63,962 nt of DNA from an uncultured Akkermansia sp. (GCA_964370895.1 CAYJLR010000001.1:1-63962), one strand, 5' to 3'; positions 1 through 9,884 are shown, counted from the first letter of the stretch. The notes: generated by a model from the sequence alone, not told the origin. Translations and numbers: made by a program.

Positions 1-2
1 GG

Positions 3-3000
3 GAGACAGCGCATGTGAAGGGCTTTATCCGTCAGCTCTTGGATAATGAGCTGAGTATTCCTTCGTCGGAGTTTATTTCAGGTTATCGACTTAGCTACGA
101 TACCAGCGAGGGGGAGAAGACTGTAGATGTTAAAGTCGAGAAGGATGGCAGCTTCAGCTGCGATATCGTGATCCCTGAGAGTGCCGAGACTGGGCAGCTT
201 TCCCTCCGTTTTAAGGCGGTACTTCCTCTCGATGCGACGTATCAGAGCCTCGACTTAAAGTCTCTGGGTGTTCATGATGCTAAGAGCTACGAGGCTAAGG
301 TGAAGGACGCTGATTGGGCTGTGCAAACCAAGGTTAGGGGAAATCGAGAGTTCAGGTCTCGTCTGGAAGTTCAGCATTACCGACGTAGCGAGTTTGAGAT
401 TACAGAGGCGATGTCTATTTCTGATGACGCGAAAGAGGTGACGATTTCAGTCGATGCTCAGCAGCTCAATGGCGCACCACTTGCGAATGCAGAAGCGACA
501 TGGTCGCTGACCTCGACAGATATCAACTTCTACCCAGCAGGGCTGAAGGATTATCGCTTCGGTAACTATCTCGAATATGACGAGGGTTACTTTAACGCTT
601 ATTATTGGAATATGCAAGGTGAGGCATACGGAGAGTATTGGCATATGTATGATGGGGCATACGGTGAGACGCACACGGCGACGATAAGCGCGACAAGGCT
701 AGATGCGCAGGGTAAGGGCAGCGTGACAGTGAATCGTCCTGCGGGTGATTTCCCCAGCCGCCAGAGGGTGCGAGGCACCGTCAGCGTCACGAATGGCAAT
801 GAGCAGCGACTTTCTGGCAGCAGTACTAGCTTTATCGACCCAGCAGAGCTCTACATAGGTCTACGTCAAAAGTCTGCTCACAGTCAGAAGGGAGATCAGG
901 GGCTTAGTATAGATCTGCTCTCCGTGAATACTCAGGGTAAACCCACCGCTGCACCGCATCCTATCACCGTGAAGGTGAGCTATGAGACGACAAGTTCGTA
1001 TAGCTATGGTGGCTTGATGCAACAGATGCTTCGTCACAGCTCAGAGACCGTGACGCTTGACCCTCAGACAGTCACTCTGAATGAAAAGGGTGAAGGTAGC
1101 GTCACTATCCCGACGAAAGAAGCTGGTGTCTACACCATCATCGCTGAGGGTGTAGATGCAAAAGGCTGCGCTTTCCGCACGGCGATACGCCATCACGTCT
1201 ATGGCGAGATGGAGAAGGGGCGGGGCTGGAAGTACGAATCCCCCGTGTCTCTCAGCATCGTTACTGATAAGGAAATCTATCAGCCGAATGAGAAGGTGAA
1301 GCTGCTGCTCAAGTCTCCCGTAGATGGTGAAATCCTCGTGTCTGTGCATCGTGATAACTACATGCGTCAGCTGCGCCAGAAGGTGGACAAGGATAATCCC
1401 GTGATCGAGCTCGACCTGCTCCCAGAGGATGCTCCTGAAGTCACTGTCGAGGTTTTCTTAGTCCAAGGCGGTGAAGCACGCGAATCAGGTAAGCCTAAGC
1501 TGCTGTCTGGTAGGACCACTATTACCATCGACCCTGTAGAGAAGCGTCTGAAGGTATCACTCGATCTGCCGGAAGAGTCCGTCCTCCCAGGGACTTCTTG
1601 CACCTTATCAGGACAAGTGCTTGCGGCAGATGGTAAGCCCGCGTCGAACGCGACAGTGACCCTGTATGCGGAAGACGAAGGCAGTCTGCAAGCAGGAGGC
1701 TATAAGATTCCTAATCCATTGCAGAACTTCTACTCTTGGAGATCGTCGAATCAATATATCTACGGCAGTCTGGGTAACATGCTGAGTGAGGATCATAAGC
1801 ACCGATACTTCGGAAATAAGGGGGTATTCATCGGTGGTGGACTTGCTCTCAATGCAATGGGCGCTGACGAGGAGTATTTCGGAGGTGATAGCTCTGCTAA
1901 GTTGATTTTCCGAGAGAATTTCAATCCCTGCGCTCTCTGGCTTGGTCAGATCACCACGGATGCGGAAGGTCGCTTCAGTGCTGAGGTGAAGAATCCTGAC
2001 ACACTGACGCGCTATCGTGTCATCGCCGTAGCCGCTCATGAGGCGGACGAGTTCGGGGTGGGATCAGGACATTATCAGGTGAACAAGCCCATCATGCTCG
2101 AGCCTTCTGCACCATTGAGTGCCTGTAAGGGCGATATCGTGAACATGCCTGTGACCGTGACCATGCTCCCCGATGAGTTACCCGAAGAGCTGAAGGCTGC
2201 GAAGTCCGTCAGCTGGAAGGTGCAGCTCAAGGGGAGTGAGAATGTAGATGTGATCCAGCCTATGCAGACGGTAACTCTGGATAGCAATGCCTCCAAGACG
2301 CTGTACTTCCCAGTCAATACGAAGGATGTAGGCACAGCGCGCTTCGAATGGAGCATCGTACCAGCCGAGGCGAAGACACCCGAGATGCTAGCTTATAATG
2401 ATGCCATCGCCGAGACCTTCACGGTACGCCCTGCGACGCCTTATCTACGAGAGAATCTCTTCATCACACTCGCACCAGGCTCAGATTCTAAGGCTTCTTC
2501 TTGGCTGAAGACGGAGTTCGATCTCGCTCACACGAGTCTGAATCTCACTCTGTCGCCTAGCCCTATATCCGGGTATACGAATGGTATAGATATGCTTAAC
2601 AGCTATCCGTACTCCTGCACGGAGCAGCTGAGTTCACGTGCCATACCTTTCATTTATGCCGAGGATTTCCATCTGGCAGCAGGTGCGAAGATGCTCTCGA
2701 AGGAGAAGAATAGGGTAGAGCTCCGTAAGATCGCCGAGAGCATCTTAAAGAGACGCATCGATTATTCCTCACAGCTCACGTACTGGGATGATTCGAAGGA
2801 GGGCAGCCAGTTTAGTGCTTACGCCTATCTCGTACTGACTCTCGCTGCGGAGAAAGAGATGCTCTCTCACTCAATGCGATACGAAGTAGGAAGCCTCGGT
2901 AGATCAGCCATCAATGATCTGAAGAATCCTAACGCGAAAGTGAATGCGGCTACAGGTAGCATTCTCTGGGCCTATGCTGAAGCTAGACGTGATAATTTAT

Positions 3001-3983
3001 CAGGCGAGGATCTCGTCAAGATGACAATAGCTCAGAAGGACAACTGGACGAGCCCACAGGAAAGTCTCATGTTGATGCACCTTGCACAGATGCTCACAGG
3101 AGGGAAACTGCATGACCTCGCGCGTGCTGAGATGAATGCCATCACCAGCACCGAGGATACAGACTACAGCCTTCCTTCAGTGGATATGCTGAAGCTCATG
3201 ATAGAGATCGAAGACGATCCGACATCGGATGCTACAGCGAGCAAGGTAGCGGCCTACGTCGGAGCACTCGCGAGCAAGAAGTACACTACAACCTTGGAGA
3301 ATGCGTGGACGGGTATCATGCTCGCTCGCTATATAGAAAAGGCGAATATCACTGAGAGTAAGACAAATATTAATGGTCAGGACTACGTGCCCGGTCAGGT
3401 ACTTAGCTACTACAAAACCGCACTGAAGTCCCTGCCTAGCTTCAAGCTATCCGCTGATTCAGGTAAGGCCTATGCCACGGTATCTGCGGAAGGCTTCCTG
3501 AAGAAGGAGCAGCCAGAGAAGCTGGTGGATAAAGGCTTCCACGTGCAGCGACGCTACGAGAAGCTTCTTCCTGATGGTAAGTGGCAGCCTACGGCTGAGT
3601 TCACGGTGGGTGATACAGTACGTGTCACCATCGAGGCGATCGCTCGTCAGGACAGCCACTATGTCGCGCTGGAGGATTATCTCCCCGCAGGCATGGAGGC
3701 GGTGAATCCCTCTATCATCGGTCAGGCTCTGCCAGCTAGCATCATGCAGCAGCGTGATCAGTGCTGGTTCACCCCTTACTGGGTGACACGTCAGGAGTTC
3801 TTGAAAGACCGCGTCCGCTTCTTCATGAACAGCTGGTCTGTGAACAATAAGATGACAGCAAGCTACATCGCCATCGTCAAGAAGTCTGGTGAGATGAAAG
3901 CCCCAGCCGCGAAGGCAGAAGCTATGTACAAGCCAGAGCACTACGGCTTAGCCATGCCATTGAAGGTTACGATCAAGCCTTAA
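3..3983 (+). CDS. Bacterial alpha-2-macroglobulin family protein (5'-truncated by the window edge)
   Basis: Frame is open from the window start (ETAHVKG). Contains thioester motif YPYSCTEQ, A2M motifs (NPDTLTRYRVIAVA, LEDYLPAGMEAVN, AEAMYKPE), and is directly followed by PBP1C. Confidence 0.93.
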   Translation, partial: ETAHVKGFIRQLLDNELSIPSSEFISGYRLSYDTSEGEKTVDVKVEKDGSFSCDIVIPESAETGQLSLRFKAVLPLDATYQSLDLKSLGVHDAKSYEAKVKDADWAVQTKVRGNREFRSRLEVQHYRRSEFEITEAMSISDDAKEVTISVDAQQLNGAPLANAEATWSLTSTDINFYPAGLKDYRFGNYLEYDEGYFNAYYWNMQGEAYGEYWHMYDGAYGETHTATISATRLDAQGKGSVTVNRPAGDFPSRQRVRGTVSVTNGNEQRLSGSSTSFIDPAELYIGLRQKSAHSQKGDQGLSIDLLSVNTQGKPTAAPHPITVKVSYETTSSYSYGGLMQQMLRHSSETVTLDPQTVTLNEKGEGSVTIPTKEAGVYTIIAEGVDAKGCAFRTAIRHHVYGEMEKGRGWKYESPVSLSIVTDKEIYQPNEKVKLLLKSPVDGEILVSVHRDNYMRQLRQKVDKDNPVIELDLLPEDAPEVTVEVFLVQGGEARESGKPKLLSGRTTITIDPVEKRLKVSLDLPEESVLPGTSCTLSGQVLAADGKPASNATVTLYAEDEGSLQAGGYKIPNPLQNFYSWRSSNQYIYGSLGNMLSEDHKHRYFGNKGVFIGGGLALNAMGADEEYFGGDSSAKLIFRENFNPCALWLGQITTDAEGRFSAEVKNPDTLTRYRVIAVAAHEADEFGVGSGHYQVNKPIMLEPSAPLSACKGDIVNMPVTVTMLPDELPEELKAAKSVSWKVQLKGSENVDVIQPMQTVTLDSNASKTLYFPVNTKDVGTARFEWSIVPAEAKTPEMLAYNDAIAETFTVRPATPYLRENLFITLAPGSDSKASSWLKTEFDLAHTSLNLTLSPSPISGYTNGIDMLNSYPYSCTEQLSSRAIPFIYAEDFHLAAGAKMLSKEKNRVELRKIAESILKRRIDYSSQLTYWDDSKEGSQFSAYAYLVLTLAAEKEMLSHSMRYEVGSLGRSAINDLKNPNAKVNAATGSILWAYAEARRDNLSGEDLVKMTIAQKDNWTSPQESLMLMHLAQMLTGGKLHDLARAEMNAITSTEDTDYSLPSVDMLKLMIEIEDDPTSDATASKVAAYVGALASKKYTTTLENAWTGIMLARYIEKANITESKTNINGQDYVPGQVLSYYKTALKSLPSFKLSADSGKAYATVSAEGFLKKEQPEKLVDKGFHVQRRYEKLLPDGKWQPTAEFTVGDTVRVTIEAIARQDSHYVALEDYLPAGMEAVNPSIIGQALPASIMQQRDQCWFTPYWVTRQEFLKDRVRFFMNSWSVNNKMTASYIAIVKKSGEMKAPAAKAEAMYKPEHYGLAMPLKVTIKP

Positions 3984-3988
3984 ATCAC

Positions 3989-6211
3989 ATGAAACTAGCG
4001 TGGCTTCGTCACAAGCGCGTTAGAGCCTGCTGCATCGTTATTGGTGCAGCAGGTCTTTTAACGAGCCTGATACTCGCCTTTCCCTTCTACCTCTCGGTAC
4101 CTGAGAAGCTAGGTGAGAAGCTACTCTCGCGTGCCGTCTACGCACGAGATGGAACATGGCTCGCCAGTGTCCCTTATGAGGATTACTACAGGCAAGAGCC
4201 ACTCGCGGAGAATGAACCTATCCCCGAGCTGGTAGAGAAGGCCTTGCTCAGTGCGGAGGATAAGCGCTTTCACTCGCACTTTGGCATTGACCCATTGGCG
4301 CTTGCACGAGCTGTTCGTGATAATGCTTCAGAGGGACGTGTGCGCAGTGGCGCATCGACGATTAGCATGCAGCTCGCGAAGATCATGCTCGCTCATGATG
4401 GGCGCAGCATGAAGGCGAAGTTCCACGAAGCTCTGCTCGCAAGACGCATCGAGATGAGCATGGAAAAGGATGAAATCCTGCGCGCTTACCTGAATCACGC
4501 CGACTTCGGGCAGCTCTGCCGAGGTATAGAGACGGCAGCGCGTTTCTATTTTAACAAAAAGAGCTCTGAGCTCGCGATTCATGAAGCAGCACTGCTCATC
4601 GCGCAGCTGCGCTCTCCCACTTATTACAACCCCTTCAAGCACCCAAAACGCGCCATGGAAGCGCGCAATGCTATCCTGCGTCGCATGGGTGAGGGCGGTG
4701 ATCTCGATGCCATCCCCCTAGGTCTGAACCCACCGAGCAGATCGAACTTTCCCCACCTGTGCAGGGAAGCTGGGACGCTCACGATAGATACCCTTCTCCA
4801 GCAAGAAGTGCAGCTGATAGTAGCAGAGGAAATCGCTAAACTACAGCGACGTAATGTGAGTCAAGGTGCAGTGATCGTCGTGGATAATGAGACAGGCGAG
4901 ATACTCGCCTCTGTGCCGAGTGCGAATCGCCACGACCCACGCGGAGGGCAGATAGATGCTACGCAGCAGGATAGATCAGCAGGGTCGACTTTAAAACCCT
5001 TTGTCTACCTCCTCGCCCTGCGCGCGGGGAAACACCCAGCGAGCATCTACGCAGATCTTCCCACACCTTTCCCCGACTCTACAGGCGTAGAAGCACCTAG
5101 TAACTTTAATAATAACTTCCTCGGCCCTATCCCGATGCGCATCGCACTGGCGAGCTCTCAGAATATCCCAGCCCTGCTGGCACTCAATAGCCACGGTCAA
5201 GCCCCAGCACTGACGAAGCTACTGCACGAGCTAGGCTATGACTTTCCAGATGAAGAGTACGGGCTAGGACTAGCTATAGGTAATGCCCATGTGAGCCTGC
5301 TGGAGCAGGCGCAGGCCTTTAGTGTACTCGCCCGCGGAGGTAGTAGTATCCCCATCAGTATGTACTTCTCCGATAATAAGAAGGAGACTAAGCAGATAAT
5401 AGATCCACAGCATGCCTATCAGCTCAGTAAGATGCTCTCCGATGATGAAGCACGCACAGCTGGTTTCGGATATGCAGGAAGTCTGCGCTTTCCCTTCCCC
5501 TGCGCGGTGAAGACAGGCACGTCCTCGAACTTCCGTGACAACTGGTGCATAGGCTACAGCACGCGCTACACTGTCGCCGTCTGGGTGGGGAACATGGATC
5601 AGAGCCCTATGAAAGAAGTCTCAGGACTCGTTGGCTCTGCGCCCATCTTTAAGCGTGTGATGAACTTTCTGCATGGCTATAGTGCTGCAAAAAGCTTCGG
5701 TGACCCCGAGAAACTGGGATTAAAGGCTATTGAGATCGACACGCGCACGGGCTTCACCGCGCCAGCAAATAGCCCCTACAAGCGCAAGGAATGGCTCACT
5801 GAAAATCAGCTGAAGCATATTAATACCACAAAGCGCCTCTATGATGAAAAGGGACGGGCACTGCTTCCTATTGAGTACAGATCATGGTACGTGCAGCAGG
5901 GAGCGGAGAAACGCCAGCAATACATCATCGCCTCACAGCAGCAGCTGGAGCGTAATCCCCGCGTTCACATGCCAGCCGACGGCACAGTCATTTCACTCGA
6001 TCCCTCCGAGCCCAGCTACGGACGGCAGATCCCCCTCAAGAGCAATCTGCACCCTGAGCGTACCGAATGGCAGTCAGACAGCCTACGTGTGTATAAACAG
6101 AATGGGCAATGGTACGCTGACTTGGTCGAGGGAGAGCATCGCATAGACGCCTTTGATAGCGGGACTGGCAGTCATACACACACGAATATTCGCGTGATTC
6201 AGTATGATTGA
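3989..6211 (+). CDS. pbpC: Penicillin-binding protein 1C (bifunctional transglycosylase/transpeptidase)
   Basis: N-terminal TM helix, GT51 motifs EDKRF and GASTISMQL, transpeptidase motifs GSTLKP, SQN and KTGT. Canonical partner of A2M. Confidence 0.92.
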   Translation: MKLAWLRHKRVRACCIVIGAAGLLTSLILAFPFYLSVPEKLGEKLLSRAVYARDGTWLASVPYEDYYRQEPLAENEPIPELVEKALLSAEDKRFHSHFGIDPLALARAVRDNASEGRVRSGASTISMQLAKIMLAHDGRSMKAKFHEALLARRIEMSMEKDEILRAYLNHADFGQLCRGIETAARFYFNKKSSELAIHEAALLIAQLRSPTYYNPFKHPKRAMEARNAILRRMGEGGDLDAIPLGLNPPSRSNFPHLCREAGTLTIDTLLQQEVQLIVAEEIAKLQRRNVSQGAVIVVDNETGEILASVPSANRHDPRGGQIDATQQDRSAGSTLKPFVYLLALRAGKHPASIYADLPTPFPDSTGVEAPSNFNNNFLGPIPMRIALASSQNIPALLALNSHGQAPALTKLLHELGYDFPDEEYGLGLAIGNAHVSLLEQAQAFSVLARGGSSIPISMYFSDNKKETKQIIDPQHAYQLSKMLSDDEARTAGFGYAGSLRFPFPCAVKTGTSSNFRDNWCIGYSTRYTVAVWVGNMDQSPMKEVSGLVGSAPIFKRVMNFLHGYSAAKSFGDPEKLGLKAIEIDTRTGFTAPANSPYKRKEWLTENQLKHINTTKRLYDEKGRALLPIEYRSWYVQQGAEKRQQYIIASQQQLERNPRVHMPADGTVISLDPSEPSYGRQIPLKSNLHPERTEWQSDSLRVYKQNGQWYADLVEGEHRIDAFDSGTGSHTHTNIRVIQYD

Positions 6212-6225
6212 GTTGGCTCTCATGA

Positions 6226-6276
6226 TGTGAATAAGTCCTATTTTGTGTGAATAAGTCTCATTTTGCTGTGAGTGAG
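6226..6276. repeat. Tandem array of 3 TGTGA(A/G)T(A/G)AG units, period 20-21 bp (DnaA-box-like)
   Basis: Cores start at 6226, 6246 and 6267. Homologous arrays at 7078-7133 and 52114-52189. Confidence 0.85.
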
Positions 6277-6310
6277 CTAACTTTTACCTTGAGGAGGAGT
6301 CAATATATCT

Positions 6311-6328
6311 TGTAACACACTTGTTACA
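6311..6328. promoter_or_regulatory. Palindromic candidate operator TGTAACA-N4-TGTTACA
   Basis: Perfect 7-4-7 inverted repeat upstream of promoter-like TTGAAA(6348)...TGcTATATT(6370). Confidence 0.45.
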
Positions 6329-6401
6329 CTCTAAGTGGACTTCTTACTTGAAAATGAATATCTCTGTGCTATATTAATCATCATAAATCTTCTATAACTA
6401 T

Positions 6402-6905
6402 ATGAACAAAATCATCCCTATGCTTTTTCGTACAGCTCTCATTAGCGCTGTAACTCTCGTCCCTACCGTCATGGCTGAAAGCGAACCTCGCCCTGGCCAA
6501 GAACAAAAACTCTACCTTCTCAATGTGGAGTTAGAAGCAATTCAAAGCAGCAACGAAATTCAGTTCATGAACTGGAGTCGTGAACGCGCTCGTAAGAGAG
6601 ACGCGTCGGAAGGCTGGATTAAGTTCCAACTCAGTGCTGAGCAAATGGCAGAAGTGAAGCCCATCTTTGCCCGCATGAAAGTCAACCCTAAGGCTGGTCA
6701 ACAGTCAAAAGATATTGTCAACGCTGAAATGGCTAGCGCGACAAATTGGGGGTTCAAAAACGAGAGAGGACACGAGTTCTTCGTCAGCCAAACCTACGGT
6801 ATCTCATCCGATGAGAACTCGGGCAGCAGCTGGCTGCTAAGCGCTGAAGACATCGCGGCGCTTAACGCTATTTCTGAAAAATACGTAGCAGCAGCGAAAA
6901 AGTAA
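6402..6905 (+). CDS. Hypothetical exported protein
   Basis: 167-aa ORF with a Sec-type signal peptide, its own promoter-like site and a downstream terminator. Confidence 0.75.
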   Translation: MNKIIPMLFRTALISAVTLVPTVMAESEPRPGQEQKLYLLNVELEAIQSSNEIQFMNWSRERARKRDASEGWIKFQLSAEQMAEVKPIFARMKVNPKAGQQSKDIVNAEMASATNWGFKNERGHEFFVSQTYGISSDENSGSSWLLSAEDIAALNAISEKYVAAAKK

Positions 6906-6930
6906 ATTTCCACACATAGACTTACATCGT

Positions 6931-6965
6931 GAACCTAGCTCTGTAACGGAGCTAGGTTCTTTTTT
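6931..6965 (+). terminator. Intrinsic terminator
   Basis: GAACCTAGCTC...GAGCTAGGTTC stem followed by a T-run. Confidence 0.85.
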
Positions 6966-7077
6966 ATTCTCCTTCTTAACCTCACTTTTCTTTCGTCCCT
7001 TCACGCCGCAGAAGCGTGAGGTGGGCGTCAGATACAGCGCGAGGGAGTTTCTCAGCTAGTTTCATCTCTAGTAAATC

Positions 7078-7133
7078 TGTGAATAAGATGGCTTTTATGT
7101 GAGTAAGTAGATTAAAAATGTGAATAAAATGGC
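7078..7133. repeat. Tandem array of 3 TGTGA(A/G)TAA units, period 20-21 bp (DnaA-box-like)
   Basis: Cores start at 7078, 7098 and 7119, immediately after the hxlR-like stop codon. Confidence 0.85.
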
Positions 7134-7484
7134 TTATAAGCTGTCATTTTGCTCCTGACAGAGCTGCATGTGGACGCTTCCCCATTCGCGTAAGGCGTAC
7201 ATAACTGGGGTGAGAGTCTTCCCATATTCTGTGAGACTGTACTCCACCTTAGGGGGGACTTGGGCATAGACGGTGCGGTTTACGATGCCATCTTCTTCCA
7301 GTTCGCGTAGTTGACTTGTCAGCATGCGCTGGCTGATCTTGGGGATCATCTTCTGCAGCTCACCGAAGCGCAGGACTTCAGCACTGATGAGATGGAAAAT
7401 GATCACGGCTTTCCATCGTCCTCCAATGACTGCTAAGACAGCTTCTACGGAGCAGCTGTAGGGTTTTTTATAATCTTTTGACAT
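7134..7484 (-). CDS. HxlR-family winged-helix transcriptional regulator
   Basis: CSVEAVLAVIGGRWK...LRFGELQK...ISQRMLTSQLRELE...VPPKVEYSLT signature. Divergent from the SDR gene. Confidence 0.93.
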   Translation of the reverse strand: MSKDYKKPYSCSVEAVLAVIGGRWKAVIIFHLISAEVLRFGELQKMIPKISQRMLTSQLRELEEDGIVNRTVYAQVPPKVEYSLTEYGKTLTPVMYALREWGSVHMQLCQEQNDSL

Positions 7485-7641
7485 GTGAATAACTTTTTTA
7501 TCGCTTGATACTATGTGTTAGTTACTTTTTTGTTACTATAGCAGTTAATTGTGCGTACTTGCATTATTGTGTGTTAGGAGCTATAATAAATGCAAGTCTT
7601 GAAAGACGCAAGAATTAAAACAGATAGAACAGAATTTTTTT

Positions 7642-8454
7642 ATGAAAACCATACTCATTACAGGTGCGAGTGACGGTCTGGGACTAGCCACAGCAAAAAT
7701 GCTTTGCGAGCAGGGACAGCGCGTCATCATACACGGTCGCTCAGCGCAGAAGCTAGAAGCCGCTAAGCATGCCATTCAGGCTGATACTGGTGTAGCTCCC
7801 ATAGCATCTTATCTAGCTGATCTCAGCGATCTCACAGAGGTACACAAGCTCGCAGAGCAGGTGAAGGCTGAGCATAGTTCACTCGATGTACTGATTAACA
7901 ATGCTGGCGTTTTCATTACGCCTCATCGCCTCGCATCGAATGGTATGGATATTCGATTTGTTGTGAACATGATAGCACCCTACATGCTTACTCTCGAGCT
8001 CATGCCTATACTCGGCAATGGAAGCCGTGTCGTGAATCTATCCTCCGCCGCGCAAGCCCCTTTTAATTCCGTGCGTTTCGCTCAGGCTGGTGCACTAGAT
8101 GACAGTCAAGCCTATGCTCAGAGTAAGCTCGGTGTCATCATGTGGACGAATGCTCTGGCCTCAGAATACGCACGTAAGCCAGATGCTCCAATTTTCGTAT
8201 CCATTAATCCGAAATCATTCTTAGCGACGCCTATGGTAAGAAATGCTTACGGAATGGCAGGAACTGATGTGAGAGCTGGAGCTAGTATCCTCAGCCGAGC
8301 TGCGCTGTCAGATGAGTTTGCGCAGGCAAATGGGCTCTACTTCGACAATGATATGGGACGCTTCTCAGCACCGCATCCCAATGCACGACAATTAACGCAA
8401 TGTGAATTACTCGTGACCACAATGAATCAAATTATCAACCATCATCTACAATAA
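7642..8454 (+). CDS. Short-chain dehydrogenase/reductase
   Basis: TGASDGLG, NNAG and YAQSK motifs. Confidence 0.92.
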   Translation: MKTILITGASDGLGLATAKMLCEQGQRVIIHGRSAQKLEAAKHAIQADTGVAPIASYLADLSDLTEVHKLAEQVKAEHSSLDVLINNAGVFITPHRLASNGMDIRFVVNMIAPYMLTLELMPILGNGSRVVNLSSAAQAPFNSVRFAQAGALDDSQAYAQSKLGVIMWTNALASEYARKPDAPIFVSINPKSFLATPMVRNAYGMAGTDVRAGASILSRAALSDEFAQANGLYFDNDMGRFSAPHPNARQLTQCELLVTTMNQIINHHLQ

Positions 8455-8460
8455 ACAATC

Positions 8461-9333
8461 ATGGAGTACGAAGGAAAAATCTACCGTCCTTGGATGGAGG
8501 CTGAGAGCTTCCTCATCCAAGTCACGCTTGGATGCTCGCACAACACTTGCACATTTTGCACGATGTTCAGTGATAAGAAGTTTGCTATTCGATCAGAGAA
8601 GGCTATCTTCGCCGATATAGAGAGAGCCTCTAGGCAGTACTATGGCATACGCTCTGTCTTCCTTATCGATGGTAATGTCCTTGTCGTGAAGACTGATATG
8701 CTGCTGCGTATCATCGAAAAGATCCGAGAGCTGATCCCTAGCTGCGAACGCGTGGCTATGTATGCAGCCTTTAATGACCTACGTCGTAAGAGTGTGGATG
8801 AGCTGCGAGCCCTGCGAGAAGCAGGTCTTGACATAGTTTATGCTGGTCTTGAATCAGGTGATCCAGAGATACTGAAGAGGGTGAAGAAGTATATGACCCC
8901 AGAGCAAGCGATCGCAGGTATGGCTCATGCAAAGGAAGCAGAACTAGCCGTGCATAGCTCACTCATCTTTGGTTTAGGTGGTAGGGAGCATTCGCAGAGG
9001 CATATAGAAGCGACCGCGGATCTGCTTAATAAGCTACGCCCTGAGGAGATCTCTACACTGAGCCTTTCAGTGCAGCCTGATAGTGTATTAGAGCGCGAGG
9101 TCGAGGAGGGGCTTTTCACACAGGCTAGCCCACTTCAGTTGCTGGAAGAGGAGAAATATCTGCTGGAGCATATAGATTTCCCTACCTTATACTGGGGAGA
9201 TCATGCGAACAATATCGTCTCCAAGAGGGGATACCTGCCCGAACGTCAAAAAGAGTACATTGAGCTACTAAACTCGGCTATTGCGCACCATCCTCTCAGC
9301 AAGGCTGAGACCTACCATCCACGTCCTTGGTGA
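8461..9333 (+). CDS. Radical SAM protein of unknown function
   Basis: CxxxCxxC (CSHNTCTFC) and GLESG motifs; no SPASM domain. Confidence 0.9.
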   Translation: MEYEGKIYRPWMEAESFLIQVTLGCSHNTCTFCTMFSDKKFAIRSEKAIFADIERASRQYYGIRSVFLIDGNVLVVKTDMLLRIIEKIRELIPSCERVAMYAAFNDLRRKSVDELRALREAGLDIVYAGLESGDPEILKRVKKYMTPEQAIAGMAHAKEAELAVHSSLIFGLGGREHSQRHIEATADLLNKLRPEEISTLSLSVQPDSVLEREVEEGLFTQASPLQLLEEEKYLLEHIDFPTLYWGDHANNIVSKRGYLPERQKEYIELLNSAIAHHPLSKAETYHPRPW

Positions 9334-9433
9334 TTTATTATAAAGATATGAATTAGTTACGAATATAAAAATAATCTGAATCTGTATTTTCTTGTTGACA
9401 GCGGGGGTGATTTATATTTAAATATTACCTGTT

Positions 9434-9871
9434 ATGATGAGGATTTCTACAAAAGGGCGCTACGGCGTCCGTGTGATGATGGATTTAGCCATTCATAGTT
9501 CACAAAATTTCGTATCATTACGAGACATCTCTCCACGTCAAGGAATCACTATTCGCTATCTAGAAGTTGTCATAGCCAGTCTACTTAAAGCAAGACTAGT
9601 TACTAGCTTTCGAGGTAAAGGAGGAGGCTATAAGCTCGTTCGACCACCAGAAGAATATACGATGCTCGAGATATTAGAGTGCATGGAAGGACAGCTTGTC
9701 CCTGTTCAATGTATGTCTGATACAGTAAATCAATGCAGCATGGCCTCTAGCTGTGTAACTCTACCTATGTGGGATGGATTTTATCAAGTGATTAAAGATT
9801 ACTTTTCAGGGATAACTCTGCTCGATCTTATTCAGGATCAAACGGAGGTTGGTTTCTGTGCAGGAATTTAG
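9434..9871 (+). CDS. Rrf2-family transcriptional regulator (IscR/CymR-like, probably Fe-S binding)
   Basis: STKGRYG, RGKGGGY and three C-terminal Cys (C-x6-C-x5-C). Confidence 0.92.
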   Translation: MMRISTKGRYGVRVMMDLAIHSSQNFVSLRDISPRQGITIRYLEVVIASLLKARLVTSFRGKGGGYKLVRPPEEYTMLEILECMEGQLVPVQCMSDTVNQCSMASSCVTLPMWDGFYQVIKDYFSGITLLDLIQDQTEVGFCAGI

Positions 9872-9884
9872 CCAAGCTTTTTTC

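Noticed and set aside
3..6211. A2M-PBP1C pair as a novel system
   Set aside because: This is a well-known conserved pairing with an intact thioester motif; nothing unusual is visible.
6226..7133. Phased repeat arrays as mini-CRISPR arrays or Rex boxes
   Set aside because: Cores are only 9-10 bp with 10-11-bp linkers, far too short for CRISPR, and there are no cas genes. Rex sites are inverted repeats, whereas these are direct repeats.
8461..9333. Radical SAM protein as the anaerobic maturase for the Ser-type sulfatase
   Set aside because: It lacks the C-terminal Cys-rich SPASM domain of anSME/AtsB and is not linked to the sulfatase gene.
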